Assembly: GCA_017475605.1 (NCBI GenBank) | Contig: JAFVFD010000005.1 | Span: forward strand, 360,001 to 392,000 | Length of the DNA stretch: 32,000 nucleotides | Reading direction: 5' to 3' | Source of the DNA: Alphaproteobacteria bacterium | GTDB taxonomy: Bacteria; Pseudomonadota; Alphaproteobacteria; Rs-D84 | Part shown: positions 6,697 to 14,919 of the stretch, one piece after another | Position numbering within the stretch: position 1 is the first letter of the stretch | Layout of the letters: every line of letters starts with the position of its first letter | Notes under the pieces: model-generated | Told to the model about the DNA's origin: nothing | Databases searched by the model: none | Seen by the model: the letters and a program-made list of their open reading frames with translations, nothing else | Made by a program: the position numbers and the translations under genes

Positions 6697-8306
6697 TTCA
6701 TATTCCTTAGTTTTTGTTGAACACGTGGCGCAACAACCAATCCATCGTCTGATAATTCAATCGCCCGCAAATACGCATCACGCGCCATTTTCGTATTTCC
6801 AGACAAAGCATATAAATCGCCCAGGTTATCAAACAATGATGAACAGGTGTTCGCAACCTCGGCCACACGTGCAAGCATTTCAATTGCCGCATCGACACCT
6901 TCGCGGGCGGCAACAACGCGCCCCAATACATCCCATGCGAAAACATCACTTGGGTTTTGTTTTACCAAACCGATTGCGTATTCGTACGCAGTATCCAGTT
7001 CGCGATTTTCTGCGGCCCATATTTTCGCCTGTAAGGCCGATATTTCGCCGTCTATAATAAGGACATCCGCCGCCGCACGCAAATCAGCCTGGGCACGCGT
7101 TAAATCGCCAAACGCAAAATAGATTTGCGCCCTGCTCTTTAAGAAAAAGCCATGGTTATAATCAGACAACGCATCGTTATCCAACGCGCGATTTATTATT
7201 CGCAATGCCGCACGTTTGTTACCATGCGAAATATGATACGCAACCAACTTGTTTATCGCCGGCACAAATGTCGGATATTCACGCAAAACACTACGCAATT
7301 TTAATACATCGCCCGCGCCTTCGGCCATGCGCAACATGGCAAATGGATAGTATGGACTGGACGATTTTATTTGCGAAAAATATTTTTCATAATCGCCATT
7401 GTTATTAAAGAAATATTGTCCTAGATAATAATTTATCGCACCGGTGTCGCCCGATACCCCCGCCCCTGTTACCTGGGCAAAGCGCAATAACAATACCGCC
7501 AAATCAGAATACATCATAACCTGGGTATGCGAAACATTCTGAATCAAACTAAATGCCAATGCGTTTTTAATCCCAGAATATTCAGACCAATCAGGTATAT
7601 TATTAAAGTCCGCCATAAACATTCCACCTGGTTGGGCCGTAAATTCGTTTTTCAAATCATTGGCAAAATCGTCAAAACCATGATGAATATAAAACGACAT
7701 GATATATAAATAATCATTTATATTCATAAAACTTGGCGACACAGCAATAAATTCTTCCTTGGCCTTGTCTATATCGCCAGTTTCCGCGTATATTTGACCA
7801 CGAACAAAAGATTTCCATGCGTTACGCGTTTCCAGTGATTCTACAAACTTTAACACCTCGGTCTTGTGATTAACCGCGACAGACGACCATATACGCAACG
7901 GTGCCGCCAACGCAGATTTGTCGTTTTTATGGCGCGAATACAGTTCGTCCCACTTGTCGTTATTAACCAACCATGCGTCATAAATTAATCGCGCAGGGGT
8001 CCCCGATTCTTTCTTTAAATCGTCGACATTTTCGGGCAGGGTACCCGCCAAAAATTGCGACATCATTTTTATATTTTGAACCGATGCGACATCGGTTGCC
8101 GTTAAGGCGCCACTAAAATCCTTGGCCGCATCAAAGTCATTTACATATATTGCATGTTGTGCCGCCAAAAATGCGCCATATTGTGATTCTGGAACAGATG
8201 CGCCCGATTTGGAATACATCGCGCCGTTCCGCCAAAAAACTGTGCCGGCCGCCACAACAGCACCAACCAGCATAAAAAATATTAATAAACTTCCTGTCTT
8301 TTTCAT
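6693..8306 (-). CDS. Membrane-anchored TPR-repeat protein, function unknown
   Basis: N-terminal TM (LLIFFMLVGAVVAAGTVF), then repeated TPR-like A/Y/L helical patterns (for example GDLYALSGNTKMARDAYLRAIEL). The stop overlaps the gpsA start (ATGA). Confidence 0.7.
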   Translation of the reverse strand: MKKTGSLLIFFMLVGAVVAAGTVFWRNGAMYSKSGASVPESQYGAFLAAQHAIYVNDFDAAKDFSGALTATDVASVQNIKMMSQFLAGTLPENVDDLKKESGTPARLIYDAWLVNNDKWDELYSRHKNDKSALAAPLRIWSSVAVNHKTEVLKFVESLETRNAWKSFVRGQIYAETGDIDKAKEEFIAVSPSFMNINDYLYIMSFYIHHGFDDFANDLKNEFTAQPGGMFMADFNNIPDWSEYSGIKNALAFSLIQNVSHTQVMMYSDLAVLLLRFAQVTGAGVSGDTGAINYYLGQYFFNNNGDYEKYFSQIKSSSPYYPFAMLRMAEGAGDVLKLRSVLREYPTFVPAINKLVAYHISHGNKRAALRIINRALDNDALSDYNHGFFLKSRAQIYFAFGDLTRAQADLRAAADVLIIDGEISALQAKIWAAENRELDTAYEYAIGLVKQNPSDVFAWDVLGRVVAAREGVDAAIEMLARVAEVANTCSSLFDNLGDLYALSGNTKMARDAYLRAIELSDDGLVVAPRVQQKLRNMK

Positions 8307-8330
8307 AAAGCATATGCTACAATATTGTTC

Positions 8331-8885
8331 ATGAATAATAAAGTTAAATTTAATAAATACGCAGAACTGTTACGTGATTGGTCGGAACGTATGAACCTTG
8401 TTGCGCCAAGCACCCTGGGCGATATTGAAACGCGCCATTTCGCAGATTCTGCGCAATTGGCGGATGTTTTGCCACACAATGTTTCCATTATTGATTTGGG
8501 CAGTGGTGCCGGTTTTCCCGGCGTTGTTTTGGCTATTTTGGGCTGGAATGTAACATGTATCGAATCGATTGGAAAAAAGGTTGCGTTTTTATCCGCTGTC
8601 AAAGACGAATTAAAATTGGACAACCTGACAATTTTTCATGGTCGTGTCGAAGACTTTGTCCGGCAAATGCCGGCCGATTCTTCAAATTTTGTATTTACCG
8701 CACGTGCTTTTGCACCATTGGTTAAAATTTTGGACTATACAAAATCAAAAAATTGCCGGCTTTTTTTATTAAAAGGCCGGGAAATAGAATCTGAAATATC
8801 TGTCGCAAAAAAGAAATACAAATTCAAATACGAATTAACACCATCTAAAACCGGCGACGGATTTATAATTACTGTTACAAAATAA
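8331..8885 (+). CDS. rsmG: 16S rRNA (guanine527-N7)-methyltransferase RsmG (GidB)
   Basis: SAM-binding motif IDLGSGAGFPGVVLAI and conserved N-terminal LL..W....NL. I prefer the ATG at 8331 over the TTG at 8325 given in the ORF track. Confidence 0.88.
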   Translation: MNNKVKFNKYAELLRDWSERMNLVAPSTLGDIETRHFADSAQLADVLPHNVSIIDLGSGAGFPGVVLAILGWNVTCIESIGKKVAFLSAVKDELKLDNLTIFHGRVEDFVRQMPADSSNFVFTARAFAPLVKILDYTKSKNCRLFLLKGREIESEISVAKKKYKFKYELTPSKTGDGFIITVTK

Positions 8886-8887
8886 AT

Positions 8888-8903
8888 TATTTCATGTGAA
8901 ATA
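8888..8903. promoter_or_regulatory. parS-like ParB binding site 1
   Basis: TATTTCATGTGAAATA matches the canonical parS TGTTTCACGTGAAACA at 13 of 16 positions. It lies immediately upstream of parAB. Confidence 0.6.
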
Positions 8904-8983
8904 ACATATAACATATTGTTTTTAAGTGTTTTTTATGTGCAAAAACCACAACAAAACGAATCGGTATACATCAACCGAAATAT

Positions 8984-8999
8984 TATTTCATATGAAATA
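8984..8999. promoter_or_regulatory. parS-like ParB binding site 2
   Basis: TATTTCATATGAAATA is the core of a perfect 18-bp palindrome, TTATTTCATATGAAATAA (8983..9000). It lies 96 bp from site 1. Confidence 0.6.
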
Positions 9000-9113
9000 A
9001 CAGGTATTGTATTGAGTGTACTGTATTTTTATTGTGTAAAAATATTTGTTTTTTAATCGCTTGACCGGCATAAACTTATTTTTTAATCTTATGTTTGTTA
9101 TGGAAAGGAAATT

Positions 9114-9887
9114 ATGACACAGATAATAGCATTTGCGAATCAAAAGGGCGGGGTTGGAAAAACAACAACCGCTATAAATATTGGTGCGTCGTTGGCAACT
9201 ATTAAACGGCGTGTTTTGTTAATTGACCTGGATTCCCAGGGAAACGCCGGAACGGGCCTTGGGTTCGTACGCAGTGCGCATCGTCAAAGTGTATATGGTG
9301 TTTTGATGGGGACGGCGCATGCCGCGGATAATATTTTAACAACCGCGGTTCCAAATATGCACATAATGCCGTCAACCATGCAATTAGCGGACGCGGAATC
9401 AGAATTATTGGATGTTGAACGTCCACAATATCGCCTGCGTGATGCGTTGATGGAAATTGCACCACATTATGATTATATATTGCTGGACTGTCCGCCGGCA
9501 TTGGGGTTGGTAACAATCAACGCGTTAACGGCGGCAAATTCTGTAATTATTCCTATGCAGTGTGAATTTTACGCACTTGAAGGCATAACCCATATGATTA
9601 ATTCTATTCGGGAAGTAAAAAACCGTTGGAACCCAGAATTAGAAATACTTGGGGTGTTGCTTACCATGTATTCAAAGCAATACGGCCTTACTCGCGCGGT
9701 CGAGGCCGATGTTCGCAAAAAATTCGGTGATGTGGTATTTAAAACAGTTGTTCCGCGTAATGTTCGTGTGTCCGAAGCACCAAGTTTCGGCAAACCGGCA
9801 TTATTTTACGATTTTAATTCATCTGGCGCGCAGGCATATTTGCGTGTCGCCACAGAAGTTATTCAGAAAACAGAGCAGGGGGCTTAA
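9114..9887 (+). CDS. parA: Chromosome partitioning ATPase ParA (Soj)
   Basis: Deviant Walker A KGGVGKTTT, DLDSQGN and DCPP motifs, and an AAAGGA SD. Confidence 0.93.
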   Translation: MTQIIAFANQKGGVGKTTTAINIGASLATIKRRVLLIDLDSQGNAGTGLGFVRSAHRQSVYGVLMGTAHAADNILTTAVPNMHIMPSTMQLADAESELLDVERPQYRLRDALMEIAPHYDYILLDCPPALGLVTINALTAANSVIIPMQCEFYALEGITHMINSIREVKNRWNPELEILGVLLTMYSKQYGLTRAVEADVRKKFGDVVFKTVVPRNVRVSEAPSFGKPALFYDFNSSGAQAYLRVATEVIQKTEQGA

Positions 9888-9895
9888 TAATACAA

Positions 9896-10774
9896 ATGGC
9901 AAAATTTGGATTGGGACGTGGTCTTGATGATTTGGAGCGCGAAATTGGCAATGTGCCGGATATATCTATATTGACGGGTGTGGAACGGGTTGTGGTAAAG
10001 CAAATACCGCTTAATCAAATTGGCACTAACCCAGACCAGCCGCGAAAGACATTTTCAGATGCAGAACTGGCGGAATTGGCGGCATCAATCAAAGAAAAAG
10101 GGGTTTTACAACCAATTTTACTGCGAACCGTTGCTGGTCGCCCATATATGTATGAAATTGTCGCGGGTGAACGCAGATACCGCGCATCAAAATTGGCGGG
10201 AAAGACAGAAATACCTGCATTGATAAAGACGTTATCAAACGAAAATGCGATGGAAATTGCGTTGATAGAAAATGTCCAACGCGAAAACCTTAACCCCATA
10301 GAAGAAGCAAACGCGTACAAAAACCTTATGCACGCATGCGGGTACGAATTGGGCGATATTGTGCGTTTAATTGGAAAATCGGAAAGCTATATTCGCAACG
10401 CGATGCGTCTAATGGAATTGCCAGATTCTGTACAAGACATGGTTAAACGCGGCGATTTGTCGGCATCGCACGCACGTGCAATAGCGGTTGCGGCAAACCC
10501 AGAAAAATTGGCACACGAAATAATCAATAACAACCTTACGGTTGCGGCGACCGACAAATTGGTCAAGGGTGCGAAACGTTCCGCTAAAAGCCGTACATAT
10601 ACAACGCACACAATTGATTCTAAGACATTACGCGCAATCGAATCGGGTATAAAATCGTCCATTGGGGTACCCGCAAAAATCATTGAAAAGCGGGGCGGGG
10701 CGGGGCGCATAGTTTTGGAATATTCATCAAGAATGGAATTAGACGAATTAATCCAAAAACTAACCAAAAAATAA
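9896..10774 (+). CDS. parB: Chromosome partitioning protein ParB (Spo0J)
   Basis: ParB box IVAGERRYRASKLAG, N-terminal NPDQPRK motif and an HTH region (GYELGDIVRLIGKSESYIRNAMRL). Confidence 0.93.
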   Translation: MAKFGLGRGLDDLEREIGNVPDISILTGVERVVVKQIPLNQIGTNPDQPRKTFSDAELAELAASIKEKGVLQPILLRTVAGRPYMYEIVAGERRYRASKLAGKTEIPALIKTLSNENAMEIALIENVQRENLNPIEEANAYKNLMHACGYELGDIVRLIGKSESYIRNAMRLMELPDSVQDMVKRGDLSASHARAIAVAANPEKLAHEIINNNLTVAATDKLVKGAKRSAKSRTYTTHTIDSKTLRAIESGIKSSIGVPAKIIEKRGGAGRIVLEYSSRMELDELIQKLTKK

Positions 10775-10789
10775 TGCGTTTTACACAAC

Positions 10790-10819
10790 AAAAAAACACC
10801 GGCATTTGCCGGTGTTTTT
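10790..10819. terminator. Bidirectional intrinsic terminator (copy 2 of the repeated palindrome)
   Basis: AAAAAAACACCGGCATTTGCCGGTGTTTTT between convergent parB and pal. Confidence 0.8.
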
Positions 10820-10835
10820 AATAACAATTAAACAA

Positions 10836-11255
10836 TTATTTAACTGTCGTTGTGGCGTTACGATTCCATTTCCATGCGTTTTCGCCAGAACCCTGGACCA
10901 ATGGGCGTTCTTTACCATAGGAAATCGTAGAAACGCGTTTTGCATTGATACCATCTTTAACCAAGACAGCCTTAGCCGCGTTTGCACGACGTGCACCCAA
11001 TGCCAAGTTGTATTCTGTTGAACCACGTTCGTCGCAGTTACCAGCAATCTGAATCTTCACATTGTCGTGATTCTTCAAGAATGCAGACTGACCCAACAAG
11101 TTCGCACGTGCCGCATCAGAAATTTCCGAAGAATTGAATGCGAAGAACACGCGTTGATCGTTCAAATCAGCTGGTTCTGTGATTTTAGAGGAATGATGAC
11201 ATGCCGCCAACATGGCCGCAGCACCCGCCAACATAGCAAAGTTTTTAATTTTCAT
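10836..11255 (-). CDS. pal: Peptidoglycan-associated lipoprotein (OmpA-like domain)
   Basis: Lipobox LAAC in the signal peptide MKIKNFAMLAGAAAMLAAC. OmpA-like motif NCDERGSTEYNLALGARRANA. AAGGGAG SD. Confidence 0.88.
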   Translation of the reverse strand: MKIKNFAMLAGAAAMLAACHHSSKITEPADLNDQRVFFAFNSSEISDAARANLLGQSAFLKNHDNVKIQIAGNCDERGSTEYNLALGARRANAAKAVLVKDGINAKRVSTISYGKERPLVQGSGENAWKWNRNATTTVK

Positions 11256-11335
11256 GAAAATACTCCCTTGAGTTTACTGTTGCTCGTGCTATAGTCTATA
11301 ATAAAATATTGGAAAAATCAAGGAAAAACACAACT

Positions 11336-12094
11336 ATGCAAAGTGAAGAATTGCGCGATTTATTGATATGTGGTGTAAAATGGGAATTAAATGAAAAACC
11401 AAATACATATATGAAGTCAAATATTCAGCCCGCACAACAATCGTCATCTTTTTCCATGGGGCAGCATGCCACATCTGCGATTGTTCCGCCAATTGCGCCC
11501 GCGCAATCTATTTCGACAGCGACCGCGGTGGCAATGGCGGCACGTCCGACCGATATAGATGCGCTTTGTCGTATGATTTCCGAATTTGGCCACCCATTAC
11601 GTGCAGGTGCAACAAATGTTGTTTTGCCATCGGTTGCAACAAATCCAAATGGGTTACTTATATTAACTGATATGCCAGGGGCGGACGATGATGCATCGGG
11701 CAAAATATTATCTGGGCCGACCGGTGAATTGATGGACAAGATGTTGGCGGCAATTGATATGTCGCGCGAAAATGTGTCTATTGTGCCAATGCTTTTTTGG
11801 CGCACGCCCGGTGGTCGCACCCCAACGCGTGATGAAATTGATTTGGCGCGACCATTCGTTGACCGGGTTATTGAAATGCTGGCCCCACGCGTGATATTGA
11901 CACTGGGGTCTTTGCCCGCAGCCGAGGTTGGTAATATTCAAATTGCGCGCGACCATGGTAAAATCGTTGATTTGGCAAATGGGGCTAAATTGATTGCTAT
12001 GTATCACCCAAATTACCTGTTACTTAAACCATCGGCAAAACGCGAAGCGTGGACCGCGTTACAAGATGCACAAAAATTGTTGAAAACAGTATAA
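11336..12094 (+). CDS. Uracil-DNA glycosylase family-4-like protein with an N-terminal extension
   Basis: Core LLILTDMPGADDDASGKILSGPTGELMDKML and C-terminal YHPNYLLLKPSAKREAW resemble family 4 UDG motifs A and B. The canonical GE(A/G)PG is replaced by TDMPG. I prefer the ATG at 11336 (AAGGA upstream) over the TTG at 11309. Confidence 0.7.
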   Translation: MQSEELRDLLICGVKWELNEKPNTYMKSNIQPAQQSSSFSMGQHATSAIVPPIAPAQSISTATAVAMAARPTDIDALCRMISEFGHPLRAGATNVVLPSVATNPNGLLILTDMPGADDDASGKILSGPTGELMDKMLAAIDMSRENVSIVPMLFWRTPGGRTPTRDEIDLARPFVDRVIEMLAPRVILTLGSLPAAEVGNIQIARDHGKIVDLANGAKLIAMYHPNYLLLKPSAKREAWTALQDAQKLLKTV

Positions 12095-12136
12095 AAATAA
12101 TAAATAATTTATTTATGTTTAACAAAGGAGTTTAAC

Positions 12137-12685
12137 ATTAAACCTGCATTTAATAATGATAACCGTCGCGACATGGGACCGCGTATGAACAACCGAATTT
12201 TCGCAAAATCGGTCCAGGTAATCAGCGCAACTGGGCAAAACCTGGGGGTTATGCCAACGGCGGCGGCACTGCAAATCGCATCTGATGATGGAATGGATTT
12301 GGTAGAAATTAATTCCTCGAATACGCCACCGATTGTAAAAATTATGGACTATGGCAAATTCAAATACGAACAGAAGAAGCGCGCAAACGAAGCACGCAAA
12401 AACCAAAAGACAATTGAATTAAAAGAAGTTTGGGTTAAACCGTTCATAGAAGAAAACGATTTAAACATCAAAATGAAAAAGGTGTTTGAATTTTTAGATT
12501 CTGGAAACAAGGTTAAGATTGCCGTTATGACACGCGGTAATAAAAAGGTTTTGGCCCGTGGCAAGGATGCCGTACCGGAATTGTTCGCACGCATTATGGA
12601 AATTATTGGTCCGCGCGGAACAATGGAATCTAAATCAAAACCGGATGAACGAACAAAATCTATTATCGTTGCCCCGGCAAAATAA
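12137..12685 (+). CDS. infC: Translation initiation factor IF-3, probable AUU start codon
   Basis: IF-3 N- and C-domain sequence (IVKIMDYGKFKYEQKK..., KVKIAVMTRGNK...). A strong SD AAGGAG (12125..12130) is followed 6 nt later by an in-frame ATT at 12137. Neither in-frame ATG (12173, 12185) has an SD. Confidence 0.85.
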   Translation: MKPAFNNDNRRDMGPRMNNRIFAKSVQVISATGQNLGVMPTAAALQIASDDGMDLVEINSSNTPPIVKIMDYGKFKYEQKKRANEARKNQKTIELKEVWVKPFIEENDLNIKMKKVFEFLDSGNKVKIAVMTRGNKKVLARGKDAVPELFARIMEIIGPRGTMESKSKPDERTKSIIVAPAK

Positions 12686-12700
12686 TCTTATTTAATAACA

Positions 12701-12735
12701 AAAAAGGACGTGGTTTGAAGACACGTCCTTTTTTA
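12701..12735. terminator. Bidirectional intrinsic terminator between infC and der
   Basis: AAAAAGGACGTG-GTTTGAAGA-CACGTCCTTTTTT, a 9-bp stem flanked by an A-run and a T-run. Confidence 0.8.
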
Positions 12736-12749
12736 TAATACATACATTA

Positions 12750-14081
12750 TCAATCAAATGGATTATCTGCCTTTTTATATTCAATTACAATAGGCAGGTG
12801 TTCCCATTTTAATTCTGTTGCAATTCCGCGCCGCAAATAACGTGTATAAGATTCCGGTATATCGGATGCCCCACCAACATTGATTGCGATTCGCATTGGG
12901 TGGCGACCAATTTGCCGCGCGAATTTGATTTTCATTGGTCGTTTAAGGCGCGACATCGGTGGCTGGCGCGATTCAACCAGTTTTTCAACAATTCTGTTTA
13001 GTAAACTTGTTGGAACAGTCGCATTTGCCAAATCATATTGTTCATATATGCGACGGAACATATTTTGAACACCAGTTCCTGTTTCTGCCGATACCGCCAA
13101 AATCATTGGCTTTATAATCTGATGAAAAGAATTGGTGAATTGGTGTTTTAACTTTAACAGTTTTTCATCACGAATTTCTGGTTCAACCAAATCCCATTTA
13201 TTAAGTGCGACACATAATATTTTTCCCGCATCATAAACGCGCCCCGCAATACCCAGGGCCTGATTTTCAATATTACGCGTGGCATCAACCATCAAAATAA
13301 CAACATCTGCTTTATCAATAGCGTCCAATGATTTCAACGCAGACAATGTTTCCACATCATCTGTAACCCCCGCCTTGCGACGAAGGCCCGCGGTATCCAT
13401 TATAACAATATCGCGACCATAATATTTTGTTGGTATTTTGACCGTATCGCGTGTAATGCCCGGCGCATCTTCGACTATTTGCCGCTTTTCGCCCAATACG
13501 CGATTTACGAAAGTTGATTTACCAACATTTGGTTGGCCAAGAATCGCAATTTTGATACGCGAATCGTTCCCGGTATTTTCCGGTGTTTTTTCGTTGTTAT
13601 CATTGGCAACTTTTTCTAAAAATTCATAAATCGCATCAAAACCGCGTTTGTGTTCCGCAGATACCATTACGGGTTCACCAAACCCCAGTTTATAAAAATC
13701 ATTTATATCCGCCAGACGCGATTTAGATTCGGCCTTGTTTGCCAACAACAAAACCGGTGATTTAGTTTTGCGACGAACAATGCGCGCCCAATTCAAATCT
13801 TCATTGGTAAGGCCCACGCGTCCATCTACAACAAATAAAATCGCATCGGCCGATGCGATTGCGCCTATTGCCATATCGGTTGAATCATGTGCAATACCGG
13901 CCTTGGCATTTTCAAGACCCGCCGTATCCATAATATCCCAACCGCGCCCGGCGACAATTCCGCCAATTGTATCGCGTGTAACGCCCGGCCGGTCATGGAC
14001 CAGCGCATCGCGCGTCCCCGTCAGCGCATTAAACAAAGTCGATTTGCCGGTATTGGGTCGGCCTGCTATTACTATTTTCAT
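12750..14081 (-). CDS. der: Ribosome biogenesis GTPase Der (EngA)
   Basis: Two tandem GTPase domains (G1 GRPNTGKST and GQPNVGKST; DTAG twice; NKAE and NKWD) plus a KH-like C-terminus. The start is set at MKIVIAG (14081), not the 19-codon upstream extension. Confidence 0.92.
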   Translation of the reverse strand: MKIVIAGRPNTGKSTLFNALTGTRDALVHDRPGVTRDTIGGIVAGRGWDIMDTAGLENAKAGIAHDSTDMAIGAIASADAILFVVDGRVGLTNEDLNWARIVRRKTKSPVLLLANKAESKSRLADINDFYKLGFGEPVMVSAEHKRGFDAIYEFLEKVANDNNEKTPENTGNDSRIKIAILGQPNVGKSTFVNRVLGEKRQIVEDAPGITRDTVKIPTKYYGRDIVIMDTAGLRRKAGVTDDVETLSALKSLDAIDKADVVILMVDATRNIENQALGIAGRVYDAGKILCVALNKWDLVEPEIRDEKLLKLKHQFTNSFHQIIKPMILAVSAETGTGVQNMFRRIYEQYDLANATVPTSLLNRIVEKLVESRQPPMSRLKRPMKIKFARQIGRHPMRIAINVGGASDIPESYTRYLRRGIATELKWEHLPIVIEYKKADNPFD

Positions 14082-14149
14082 ATTATTTTCTCGTTGCTTT
14101 TTTACAATTATAAAGCAAAAATATAAATAATCAAACAAAGGAAGTGAAT

Positions 14150-14746
14150 ATGAAAAAGCAGAACAAAATTCGTCATAATCATATCTGGGACATTATTACG
14201 CGCCCGAAACGGTATTTTTCAAAGATAGTAGCAGACGGTAATTTGGACGAATCTATGTTCAAGGCATTCATTTATGGTTTGCTGGGGGGCTGTTTGGTGT
14301 TGGGTATTCGCCTGTTGGGTGGTGCGACAATTACTATCGGTTCAGTATTTACCGCAATTATAATTATGCCTGTGTTGGCGGTTGCGTTGTTATTTGTTGG
14401 TGGTGGGCTGCTTATGTTGGTATCTGAAATAACTGGTGGCGAACGCGATTGGGAAATTGCGATTAAGGGGTTGGCATCAACCATGTTTGTGTACCCTGTT
14501 ATTTTGGTATTAAACGCATTGGCATTTAATTGTACAAGTTTATGGATAATAAGCATACTGTGTGATGCGTATGTATTATTCTTGTTCTATAACATTGGTG
14601 CGTATTGTATGCGCGGTAAAAAGTCTAATGTTATGATGGTTGTTGCGATGTTGGCATTGTTTATGTTAACGGTGTATGTAACAAACTATCGCATTGGCTG
14701 GTTTATGCTTAAAAATGCATCTGCGGCATTGGCCTGTTTGATGTAA
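14150..14746 (+). CDS. Yip1-like polytopic membrane protein, function unknown
   Basis: A short cytosolic N-terminus (WDIITRPKRYFSKI) is followed by about 5 hydrophobic helices. An AAAGGAAG SD precedes the ATG at 14150. The family assignment comes from sequence pattern only. Confidence 0.6.
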   Translation: MKKQNKIRHNHIWDIITRPKRYFSKIVADGNLDESMFKAFIYGLLGGCLVLGIRLLGGATITIGSVFTAIIIMPVLAVALLFVGGGLLMLVSEITGGERDWEIAIKGLASTMFVYPVILVLNALAFNCTSLWIISILCDAYVLFLFYNIGAYCMRGKKSNVMMVVAMLALFMLTVYVTNYRIGWFMLKNASAALACLM

Positions 14747-14765
14747 AAAATAACGACTAAAATAT

Positions 14766-14794
14766 TTGCAAACAGCCAAAAATACTTCTATAAT
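14766..14794 (+). promoter_or_regulatory. Near-consensus promoter of pnp
   Basis: TTGCAA (14766..14771), 17-nt spacer, TATAAT (14789..14794). It predicts a leader of about 119 nt. Confidence 0.55.
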
Positions 14795-14824
14795 CACGCA
14801 CGACGGGGGGTAAATTGTTCTTTT

Positions 14825-14853
14825 TTGTACTTGGGGGGTATCCAAGAGTACAA
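14825..14853 (+). promoter_or_regulatory. Hairpin in the pnp 5' leader (possible RNase III / autoregulatory stem)
   Basis: TTGTAC-TTGG/CCAA-(GA bulge)-GTACAA, with loop GGGGTAT. Confidence 0.4.
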
Positions 14854-14919
14854 GAATGAATAATTTTTCCCTGTCGCGTATAAAAAGAAAATAAACTAAA
14901 CAAAAACAGGAGAAAAAAT

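Noticed and set aside
8886-9113. The AT-rich rsmG-parA spacer as the replication origin
   Set aside because: rsmG-parAB and recF are often origin-proximal. However, I find no good DnaA boxes; the best are TGTGTAAAA and AACCACA fragments with at least 2 mismatches to TTATCCACA. I also find no CtrA-type TTAA-N7-TTAA sites.
12173-12187. The ATG starts at 12173 and 12185 for infC
   Set aside because: Neither is preceded by an SD. The upstream in-frame ATT at 12137 has a perfect AAGGAG SD and restores the normal IF-3 length.
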